From positions 384,001 through 448,000 of the forward strand of contig CAWCMR010000015.1 of the NCBI GenBank assembly GCA_963796685.1: a stretch of 64,000 nucleotides of DNA, given 5' to 3'. Below, piece by piece: positions 39,476-47,719 of this stretch; positions within the stretch are counted from its first letter, which is position 1, and every line of letters starts with the position of its first letter. The position numbers and the translations under genes were made by a program. The stretch is from an uncultured delta proteobacterium. GTDB lineage: Bacteria > Myxococcota_A > Polyangia > Fen-1088. The notes beneath the pieces are model-generated. The model searched no databases. It was not told the DNA's origin and saw only the letters and a program-made list of their open reading frames with translations.

Positions 39476-39859
39476 ATGCGAACCGTACCACGCCCGAAGA
39501 GAACCGCGCCACGTGAACGAGTAGCGACCCAAGCCGAGATCGCCGACGCCACCCGCCGATGCCGGGAGGCCCGAGAGCAACACCGCGTGCTCGCGCCCGC
39601 GCCTGAACCGCAACAGGCCAACTTGTGCGGCGCCCTGGTGCTCCTTGCCCGCTGGCGCCGTTGTTCCATCTGCGGCAGCGAAAGCCTGTTCACCGATGAG
39701 CGTGGCCGTGCTGACAGTGACGTTGAATGCGGGCTGTGTGTCCAGGTTCGCGAAGACCTGGCCAAGCGCCTTCGCTTCGTGAAGCTGTCCGAGAGGGTGC
39801 GCTTCCACCTGGGAGCACTCTGCAGCACCGGCAACGACAACGGCGGGGCGGTGGCATGA
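39476..39859 (+). CDS. Hypothetical Zn-binding protein (element)
   Basis: AAGGAG RBS, CSIC...CGLC, ATGA coupling. Confidence 0.65.
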   Translation: MRTVPRPKRTAPRERVATQAEIADATRRCREAREQHRVLAPAPEPQQANLCGALVLLARWRRCSICGSESLFTDERGRADSDVECGLCVQVREDLAKRLRFVKLSERVRFHLGALCSTGNDNGGAVA

Positions 39860-40068
39860 GGTTCCGCCGGCAGAACCGCGAAGCCGTCCGCACGGTGAGC
39901 CTTCGCCTGCGCAAGAAGCTGACAGCGATCGACGATGCGACAAGCGACGCCGACGATCTGCTGTCCGAGCTTGAAGAAGCGGCCGGGCTTGTTCGTGACG
40001 ACGGTTCACGCATCGATGAAGCGAAGGGCGGCCAAGCTCGTCTGAGGAAGGGAGGGCGGCAACCATGA
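39856..40068 (+). CDS. Small hypothetical protein coupled to the integrase
   Basis: ATGA overlaps at both ends. Confidence 0.6.
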   Translation: MRFRRQNREAVRTVSLRLRKKLTAIDDATSDADDLLSELEEAAGLVRDDGSRIDEAKGGQARLRKGGRQP

Positions 40069-41369
40069 TCGAGCTGATAGAAATCGCCGAGGTGCCAGCC
40101 CAAGAATCGACCGCGACGAAGACGCCCACCAAGGGCAAGGCCAAGCGGCGAAGGAAAAAGCGCGGCTTTGGCCAAGGCAGCATTCGCAAGCGCGGGCTGT
40201 CGTGGTCGATCGCGTGGAGGGAAGGCGGCCGGCGACGGTTCGCCACAGCCCCCGACGAGGACACGGCAAGGCGCATGCTCGCCAAGATTCTCAGTGACGC
40301 CGCGCTGGGCACCGTGGGGCTCAAGCCGGACACCAAGAACGCGCCCACCTTGGGCGAGCTATCCGCGCCCTGGCTCAAGCGGCGCGAGAAGACCCACCGA
40401 GCTTGGCGGGATGATGCCTGCCGCTGGCGCGTGCACCTTGGACCGGCATTCGACGCGCTGAAACCCCACGAGGTAGACGCGGCTACCATTCGGCGATTTG
40501 TCGAGGGCAAGCTTGCCGAGGGCCTGGCCGCTTCGACGGTCGGGCATTGCATCCGGCTGTTGTCGACGTTCTTCTGTGACGTGGTCGAGCAGGGCCACGC
40601 TGCCAGCAACCCAATCGCGGCCCTGCCCCGTTCGACCCGGCGGCTATACCGAAGCACCCACGACCCACGCACGACTGGCTTTCTTGAGAAGCTGGAAGAC
40701 ATCCGCCGCGTGTTCCTGGCCCTTCCCGAACCGATCAACGTGGCCTTCGCCGTGGGGGCCTTCGCGGGGCTGCGCACCGGGGAAGTGCTGGGCCTGACCT
40801 GGCCTGACATCGACCTCGAGGGCCGGCGCATTCACGTGCGCCAGCAAATCCAAGATGGCAAGGTTGGGCCGCTCAAGGACAGCGAAAGCCGCGTGGTGCC
40901 CCTGCAAGCATCCCTGGCCCCCATCTTGGCGGCTTACAAGCTTGCCACCGGCGCCGACGGCTTCCTCTTCAAGCCCGCAGTGCCCGACCGGGGCGGCCGG
41001 CCGGAGCTGGGCAGCGAACCGCAATTCATGCGACCCCAGACCCTCCACGCACACTTGAGCAAGGCCCTGACCGAATGCGGCCTGCCCAAGCTCACCTGGT
41101 ACATGTGCAGCCGGCACACCTTCGCCAGCCAATTCGTGCTCGGCGGGGGAAGCCTCGAGGTCCTGCGCCAGGTGATGGGGCATTCCTCGGTCACCACCAC
41201 GGAGCGCTACAGCCACCTCAAGCCCGACCTGTTCCGCGAGTCGGCCTTCGACGTGATGAAGGTAGACCTTGGCGCGCCGAAGGGGGCCGTGGTATCAATG
41301 CCGCCAGCTCGGCAACGTTTGACGTCAACGCCTTCTGACGAAGCCGAGCAAACTAGCCTAACAGCCTGA
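40065..41369 (+). CDS. Tyrosine recombinase/integrase
   Basis: Arm-binding-like GQGSIRKRG..WSIAW, GLRTGE (R), PLKDSESRVVP (K), SRHTFAS (R), MGHSS (H) and TERYSH (Y). Confidence 0.95.
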   Translation: MIELIEIAEVPAQESTATKTPTKGKAKRRRKKRGFGQGSIRKRGLSWSIAWREGGRRRFATAPDEDTARRMLAKILSDAALGTVGLKPDTKNAPTLGELSAPWLKRREKTHRAWRDDACRWRVHLGPAFDALKPHEVDAATIRRFVEGKLAEGLAASTVGHCIRLLSTFFCDVVEQGHAASNPIAALPRSTRRLYRSTHDPRTTGFLEKLEDIRRVFLALPEPINVAFAVGAFAGLRTGEVLGLTWPDIDLEGRRIHVRQQIQDGKVGPLKDSESRVVPLQASLAPILAAYKLATGADGFLFKPAVPDRGGRPELGSEPQFMRPQTLHAHLSKALTECGLPKLTWYMCSRHTFASQFVLGGGSLEVLRQVMGHSSVTTTERYSHLKPDLFRESAFDVMKVDLGAPKGAVVSMPPARQRLTSTPSDEAEQTSLTA

Positions 41370-41382
41370 AATTCTTCCGTTT

Positions 41383-41455
41383 GCGCGAGTAGCTCAGCTG
41401 GTAGAGCATCGGCTTCCCAAGCCGAGGGTCGCGGGTCCGAGCCCCGTCTCGCGCT
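41383..41455 (+). tRNA. tRNA-Gly(CCC), reconstituted at attR
   Basis: GCGCGAG/CTCGCGC acceptor, discriminator T and anticodon arm TCGGC-TTCCCAA-GCCGA. The T-loop reads TCCGAGC (C at 41437). Confidence 0.9.
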
Positions 41456-41521
41456 CTCGCGATCTGCGTTGGGCATGTGGCCATCCGCCTCCGGTGCCAC
41501 CCAGGTGGTGCGTCGTCATCA

Positions 41522-41575
41522 TCATCCCGCGATAGCCGCAGGGTCTTGGCCTTGGTCGTGGCGGCGACGGGATTA
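41522..41575 (+). repeat. MITE-like dispersed repeat, copy 2 (short)
   Basis: TCATCCCGCGATAGCCGCAGGGTCTTGGCCTTGGTCGTGGC...CGGGATTA. Confidence 0.7.
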
Positions 41576-41638
41576 GGACGTCATGACCCTGGAAATTTTT
41601 CGCGACGGTGGGGCTTCGGCCGACCAGACTCTGCCCCG

Positions 41639-42803
41639 GTGACACCGACGAGCCAGGCAACCCCCAACAAATGGTTGGTGACCATCTCGATCACCTTCGG
41701 GACCTTGATGGGCGCCATCGACATGTCCATCGTCAATGTCGCCATCCCACACGTGCGCGGCGCCTTCGGCGCCTCGGTCGACGAGATCACCTGGGTCTCG
41801 ACCGGCTACATCATCGCCAACGTCATCGTCATGCCCTTGGTCGCCTGGCTTGGACGTCGCTTCGGGCGCAAGAAAGTCTACCAGTCGTGCATGCTTCTGT
41901 TCCTTGTCGGCTCGTTCTTCTGCGGCACCGCGCGGTCGCTCGGAACCCTGGTCTTCTTTCGCATCTTGCAAGGTCTTGGGGCAGGGGGGCTGCAGCCCAC
42001 CGAGCAGGCCATCTTGCGCGAGACGTTTCCGCTCGAGGAGCAGGCGACGGCCATGTCCCTCTTCGGCCTGGCGGTGATGATCGGCCCCGCCATCGGGCCG
42101 ACGCTGGGCGGTTGGCTCGTGGACCATCAGTCTTGGCCCTGGATCTTCTACGTCAACCTTCCCGTCGGCGCGCTCGGTCTCATCATGGTCCAGCGCTTCG
42201 TGCACGATCCCGAGTTCCTGGTGGCCGGCAAAGAGCTGGCACGTCGCGAGAAGGTCGACTATCTCGGGCTGGCCCTGCTGGCCGTAGGTCTCGGCTCGTT
42301 TCAGCTTCTGCTCGAGCGCGGCGACCAGCTCGATTGGTTCTCGAGCCGCGAGATCGATACCTTGGCAGTTGTCGCCGCGATCGCCCTGACCGCATTCGTG
42401 ATCCGCGAGCTCACCGCGGAGCATCCCCAAGACCAAGATGAGCGCCGCCACCGGGCTTTACAATCTGGTTCGCAATCTCGGCGGCTCGGTTGGCACCGCC
42501 ATTATCGCCGTCCTGTTCGAGCGCGCGCAGGGGTTCGCCTACAACGACCTCGCGGGCCACATCACGCCCGCCCAGCCCCAGGTCGCCGCGCGGCTGAGGG
42601 TCGCGCATTCGCTGCTCGCCAGCCGCTTCGGCTTCGCCTCTTCGATGGACACCCTGCGCCTGCTCGATCTGGAGGTCACGCGCCAGGTGGTGCTACTGGC
42701 CTTCGAGCGCGTCTTCGCCATCATCGGGCTTGTCTTCTTCGCCTCGATCCCCTTCGTCCTGTTGCTCGAAAACGTGCGTCCGCACCGGCAAAAGAGCGCG
42801 TGA
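41639..42803 (+). pseudogene. DHA2/EmrB-family MFS efflux permease with internal deletion and frameshift
   Basis: N-half DMSIVNVAIP, WVSTGY, FRILQGLG, GPAIGPTLGG and WIFYVNLPVG ends at RELTAEHP. It then jumps out of frame to PKTKMSAATGLYNLVRNLGGSVG (42438..42803); the central TM block is absent. Confidence 0.82.
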
Positions 42804-42851
42804 GACACGCGTGTTGCCGAGGCTGAATGGATACGATTTGCGGCTACGCCC

Positions 42852-42965
42852 TAATCCCGCGACAAGAAGCGCGACAGCGCGGACGCACCCAATCGTAGGG
42901 ATGACGGGTGGCCATCGACGCAGACACGGCCACGACCACGACTTTCTGCGGCCATCGCGGGATTG
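42852..42965 (-). repeat. MITE-like dispersed repeat, copy 3
   Basis: Minus strand CAATCCCGCGATGGCCGCAGAAAGTCGTGGTCGTGGCC...TTGTCGCGGGATTA. Confidence 0.75.
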
Positions 42966-42969
42966 GGGG

Positions 42970-43485
42970 CTATGCCAGGCCGCCTGCGCGGGAGAGAATG
43001 TGCTCGTCGAAATCGGCGGAGATGCTTCCCGAGGCCTTGAGCGGTCGGAGGCCTGGTAACCTCGCGGCTCCGTTCGTGGGGGCCTGCTCGCGCAGGAAGG
43101 CGGCCAGTTGGCGGTCGGTGTTGCGCACGTGGTACTCGACCCAGTCTTCCAGCATGAAGTAGATGGAGGATCTGGTTTCCTCGGCGGACTGCTTGCATGC
43201 GACGCTTGCGGCGATGGTTCTGGCTTCGCGGCGGACATGATCGTGGAAGGCCGTGTGGAAGCGGCGGCTTTGGTAGCCTTGTTCGAGCATGGCCAGCTCC
43301 TCGGCGGCGAAATGGTACTCGAGGTAGGAAACCATGAAAGTCACGGCTCGACGGAACTGCTCTGGGCTTCGCGCAAGCTCGTCCGAGTAGAGGATCTCGT
43401 TGGCCATGGCGAACAGGGTGCGAAGCTGACCATCGATGTCGGCGTTTCCTGTCTCCAGCTCCGGTGTGGTCTCGAATCGATGCAT
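42970..43485 (-). CDS. Bacteriohemerythrin-like protein
   Basis: GGAGG RBS; ETGNADID.Q, HFAAEE, HTAFH and W..YHVRNTD. Confidence 0.85.
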   Translation of the reverse strand: MHRFETTPELETGNADIDGQLRTLFAMANEILYSDELARSPEQFRRAVTFMVSYLEYHFAAEELAMLEQGYQSRRFHTAFHDHVRREARTIAASVACKQSAEETRSSIYFMLEDWVEYHVRNTDRQLAAFLREQAPTNGAARLPGLRPLKASGSISADFDEHILSRAGGLA

Positions 43486-43883
43486 GGCTTCCTCCGATGA
43501 CAAAGCGGCCCGAGAATCATGGAAGGTCCACGGCCGCACAATTCCAAGCCTGTTCTCCTTTTCGGTGGTTGGATGGCTTGGCTTGAGCCCATGGGGTAGG
43601 ATTTCTTGATAAATCTCATGGCGCGGTTGGTCCCAGGTGCCGCGCAATGACATTCACCTGCCCCACGGGCTAAGCACGCTTTTTCCTTCTCGGCTGCGGC
43701 CTTTGCCGCATTTCGTGCTAGCTTGGCTCCCTCGGTTTTCCCTGGCGGGCGGGCTATGGCTGCTTCTCTGAAGCAACGCAGCCCACCTTGCCATTGACGA
43801 GAGCGCCCAAAACAACTACGAAAGGCGCTGCATTCACGATAGATGAACCTGCCCTGATTCACACGCAAGGAAGGGCGTACGCC

Positions 43884-45275
43884 ATGAAGACCATCACCGA
43901 GTTTTCCGGAATCCTGCTGCAGCGGGCAGCAGAGGCCCAACGGGCCTACCGGGCAGAGCACCCGCAGCAGGCTACTCCACCGGCAGAGGTCGGTCCAACG
44001 GCGGTGCTGGCTGTCGCGGAGGGCGCAAGCGCGGACGAGGTGGCCCCTGCCGCCGAGGCGGTCGCCGAGGGCGAAGCTGTTCCACCGGAAACCGCCTCGG
44101 ACGGTGCTGCGGCAAATTCCGAAGTCGCGTCCGGCGAGAGCGATGCAGGTGAAACGAGCTCCGCGGGCGAAACCGGTTCCGAGGTACAGGCCGAGGCCGC
44201 CCCCGCACCCGCACCCGAATTGGGCAGCGGGCCCGAAGCGGAAGCGGTCGGCGCTGCGCTCCAGGTCGAGGGCGATCGATTGAGCCGGTTGATGGAGGCG
44301 CTCGACGTCGTGGGCAGGCGCGTGGCCCAGGTTCGCCTGGTACGGGTGATCCAGGCCGAGACCGCGCCGGTGGGAGCGCAGAAGCGCGGCGAGCTCTTCT
44401 ACCTCATCGACTTGACGCCGCGGCCGCAGAGCATGCAGCGCGACTCCTTCGACTCGCGCGACGGGGATCGACGCCGCGGTCAGGGTGGACGCGATCGGGG
44501 CGGCCACGCCGGTAATCGAGGACCGGGTGGTCCGCGCGGCGGCGGTCCCGGCGGCGCGGGCGGTCCACGCGGCGCGGGCGGCCCGGGAGGCCCCGGCCGA
44601 GGTGGCAAATTCAGCAACGATCGTCCAGGTCGCGACGGCGACGGCCGCGAGGCTCGCGGAGAAACGCCGCGCGCGGGTGCAGGCTGGATGCTGTCTCGTC
44701 CCTCGGACAATGGCCGGGTCTACGCCGAAGACGCCAACGCGGCCCGCAACGAGCGTCGCCCAGCAGGGGATCGCCGTCCTCCTGGAGATCGCCGCCCACC
44801 GCGGGATCCACGCTTCGACAACCGCGGCCCGCGCCCGCCCATGGGTGCGCCGGGAGAGGGTCCACCGCGCGGGCCTCGCCCACAAAATGCGGAGGGTGGT
44901 CCAGGCGCGCCGCGAGGCGAGGGCAGGGGTGATCGGCCTTCTTTCGGACCTCGTTCGGGAGACGGCAGCGCGCGGCCAGGGCCTCGCAGTCCCGGCAACG
45001 GCGGACGCGGTTTCGGTCCAAGGCGGCCCGACGGGGGCAATGGCCGTCCCGACGGCGGGGGCGCTGGACGCATGCGAGACGACCGCAATTGGTCCGGACG
45101 TCGGCGCGGCGGCTGGGACGAGCCGGCCGTACCGGAAGTCACGGATGTCGCGGCTGCTGCGACGACGCCGGTAGCACCGCCAGCGGTCGCCCCACCGTCC
45201 TCACAAGCGCCTGCGCCGATGGAGAACGCGCCGGTCGAGGGCAACGGCGACTCGACGCCGAACAGCGAGTCCTAG
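43884..45275 (+). CDS. Hypothetical protein with acidic and Arg/Gly/Pro-rich low-complexity regions
   Basis: AAGGAAGG RBS, short globular-looking segments, an Ala/Glu-rich insert and a long RGG/GP-rich tail. Confidence 0.75.
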   Translation: MKTITEFSGILLQRAAEAQRAYRAEHPQQATPPAEVGPTAVLAVAEGASADEVAPAAEAVAEGEAVPPETASDGAAANSEVASGESDAGETSSAGETGSEVQAEAAPAPAPELGSGPEAEAVGAALQVEGDRLSRLMEALDVVGRRVAQVRLVRVIQAETAPVGAQKRGELFYLIDLTPRPQSMQRDSFDSRDGDRRRGQGGRDRGGHAGNRGPGGPRGGGPGGAGGPRGAGGPGGPGRGGKFSNDRPGRDGDGREARGETPRAGAGWMLSRPSDNGRVYAEDANAARNERRPAGDRRPPGDRRPPRDPRFDNRGPRPPMGAPGEGPPRGPRPQNAEGGPGAPRGEGRGDRPSFGPRSGDGSARPGPRSPGNGGRGFGPRRPDGGNGRPDGGGAGRMRDDRNWSGRRRGGWDEPAVPEVTDVAAAATTPVAPPAVAPPSSQAPAPMENAPVEGNGDSTPNSES

Positions 45276-45284
45276 TCTAGATAG

Positions 45285-46193
45285 TCAGCGCGCCTGGCTG
45301 CGAGCTCGATGGCTCACCAGGCGCTTGACGTCGTGGAATCGCACTTCGCCCAGCGGGGGCAGCAAGGTGGGCTCGCAGGTATAGAGCAGGACCTGCCGAC
45401 CGCCACGCGTGGCCAGATTGAGCACCGACACCAAGTCGGCTGGGGCTGAGTTGTTTGCGCCTTGGGATGCGCCCGCGGGTGCCCCGGGTCCGGCGCCAGC
45501 CATCGGGAACGGAACGCTTGCACTGCTCGGGCGAGGCTCGACCCCACGCGACTCGGCGGGTGCAGCCAGAGGGGCTCGCTGCGAATCGATCGCGGCTCGG
45601 CCGAAGTAGATGATGGCCAGGGTCGTCTTGTCGTCGGTTTGCGGCTGGCGAGCCTCGGCGCCGCGACCGTTCGGGTGCATAATGGCGGCCGGATTGTCGC
45701 TGTGGCCGAGCCCGAGCACGTGGCCGAGCTCGTGGGTCACGACCGCTTGCAAATCGAAGCGGCCTGTCGCACCTTCGCGGGGAGCGGTGAAGGCGTGGTC
45801 GCACTCGTTCAGCTCGACGGTCGCCGCCGTGACCACGCCATCGTTCAGGCTGGCCGTGAATTCCGACTTGCCGAGGTCGATGGTCTCGCCGCGCCACTTG
45901 TCGCGACAGAACTTGATGGTGACGTCGGGGCTCGTGCCCGTGGTCACGACCAGGTGCGGTTGGCCAGCGCGAACGGAGTTCCAGGTCTCGGCCGCTCGCT
46001 GCACCGCCAGCGCGACGCCCTCCCGCGCGATGCTTCGGCTGGGGGCGGAAGGCTCAACCCCGACCGAGATCTCCGCTCTCGTCCAGTGCACCAGCGAGCC
46101 CGATCGCGTCTTGAGCAGCTCGGTCCTTGCCGATGCCTCACCGGCGCACAGGAGTACGCCGGCCAGACACGTGCAACGCAACGGTAGACGCAT
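45285..46193 (-). CDS. Matrixin (M10)-family zinc metalloprotease
   Basis: Signal peptide, FDLQAVVTHELGHVLGLGHS and Met-turn AIMHP. Confidence 0.9.
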   Translation of the reverse strand: MRLPLRCTCLAGVLLCAGEASARTELLKTRSGSLVHWTRAEISVGVEPSAPSRSIAREGVALAVQRAAETWNSVRAGQPHLVVTTGTSPDVTIKFCRDKWRGETIDLGKSEFTASLNDGVVTAATVELNECDHAFTAPREGATGRFDLQAVVTHELGHVLGLGHSDNPAAIMHPNGRGAEARQPQTDDKTTLAIIYFGRAAIDSQRAPLAAPAESRGVEPRPSSASVPFPMAGAGPGAPAGASQGANNSAPADLVSVLNLATRGGRQVLLYTCEPTLLPPLGEVRFHDVKRLVSHRARSQAR

Positions 46194-46264
46194 GCCCACC
46201 CGTGTTCCATCGGCACATTTCTCACCCATCTGAAGCTCGGATCGCGAGGCCTTCATGGCCCGCA

Positions 46265-46355
46265 CAATGCCGCGATAGCCGCAGAGGGTCGTGGCCTTGG
46301 CGGTGGCCGGTTGTAACTGTCGTTGGCCATGGTCGCGCGTCTTATCGCGGGCTCA
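46265..46355 (+). repeat. MITE-like dispersed repeat, copy 4
   Basis: CAATGCCGCGATAGCCGCAGAGGGTCGTGGCCTTGGCGGTGGCCGGTTGTAACTG...TATCGCGGGCTCA. Confidence 0.75.
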
Positions 46356-46402
46356 GGGGAAAACTACGAGACTTTCTTGCGCGGGCGATCTACGAAAGAA
46401 CC

Positions 46403-47688
46403 GTGAGAAGAACAACGACTAGGTTGAAGACGTTCCAGGTTCTGGCCGTGGCCGCCCTTTGCTTTGCCATGGGGACGGCAACGGTTTACGCCCAACCCAA
46501 AGGCAAGCCTGGCGAGGGGCAGCAGGCGGCCCGAGCGATCGAAAGCGCCTTGCAGAAACATGGCGGCGATGTGCGACCGCTGTTTCGAGAAGGTTCTGGC
46601 CGACCGTCTGGACGCCGCCGGGACGGTCGAGATCACGGTGGCCGTGGGCAAGGCGGGCAAGGTCACGTCGGCCAAGGTGAAGAAGGCCGACAAGATCGCC
46701 AATCCCACGCTCGCGGCTTGCGTCGAGAAAGCCGCGCTCGACTGGACGATCGATGGCATCGAGCCCGGCGCCAGCGTGGTATTGCCGTTTTCCTTCAAGG
46801 CGCAAACCAGCCAATTCCTGATCAACGCAGCCGACGTTCCCGAGCGCGCGCTGGGCGCTCCCGCGACCAGCAAGGGCAGGGGCGGCCCCAAGCGCAGCGT
46901 CCCGTTCACGGTCAAGGTTCTGGCCGACCAGACCAACGTGAAGGCGAAGGACCTTTCGGTGACTCTGCTCGCCGTCGGTCCCGCGAGCCGCGTGGCCATG
47001 CATCGCCATCCCCACAGCGCCAAGATCCTCTACCTCGTCAAGGGCCACGGCCGGCTCCTGGGTCCCGAGGGGATCGCCCCCATCAAGCTGGAAGAAGGCA
47101 CGGGCGTATACCTCCCGCCCGGCTATCCGCACGTCATCGAAAACATGGGCCGGCAATCGACGGGCGAGTTTTTGCAGGTGTTCTCGCCGCCCGGACCCGA
47201 GCGCGTGTACCGCGATCCGAAGGATGCCCAAGGCCGCGCCGATTTCGAGGTCATGCACGATCCGGCGTCGGCGAAAGTCACCCCCGAGCTGGCGGCCAAG
47301 GTGGTGGTGGCCGCTGCCGCGGACGTCAAGGCGATTGCGCTGCCAGGTGGATTGGGCGAGGTCAAGAATCTCATCACGAGTGGTCCCGGCCAGGCCATGT
47401 CGCTGTCGCAGGCTGGAGCTCACGGACGGCGCCGAATTGCAGAGCAGAGGTGACCCTGCCGCCACGCAGGCGATGTATTTCGTCTCCGGCGCGGGCACTC
47501 TCGAGGTTGCGGGCGAGACCCTGCCATTGGCCGCCGGGTCGCTGGTCTACCTGCCGCGCGGAACTCCCTACACCATCAAGGTTGCTGCCGCGGAGAAGGG
47601 CGAAAAGATCGTCGCGGTCCAGTTCAAGGTGAACAATCTGTCCAAGGTCCGTGGCTCGTTCCCCGCGGCTGGCGCGGTTCGAAAGTAA
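46403..47688 (+). CDS. Secreted AgmX/TonB-C-like domain plus double cupin protein (frameshifts ~46575 and ~47410)
   Basis: Three consecutive frames join: signal peptide...QKHGGDV / RCFEKVL...GTVEITVAV...ACV...HRHP..cupin / LELTDGA...YFVSGAG..VYLPRGTPY (second cupin). Confidence 0.72.
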
Positions 47689-47719
47689 CGATTCACGGCA
47701 ACCCGATGGCAAACGAACG

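Larger units (their letters stand above)
29064..41423. mobile_element. 12.3-kb integrative element (phage-satellite/PICI-like or integrative plasmid) in tRNA-Gly(CCC)
   Basis: 41-bp direct repeats, terminal tyrosine integrase, xis-like HTH, Toprim-D5 primase/helicase, TA pair and orphan ORFs. No recognisable capsid, portal, large terminase, tail or conjugation genes. Confidence 0.92.

Noticed and set aside
29064-41423. Complete prophage or conjugative ICE
   Set aside because: No recognisable capsid, portal, TerL, tail, lysis, relaxase or T4SS genes in 12.3 kb.
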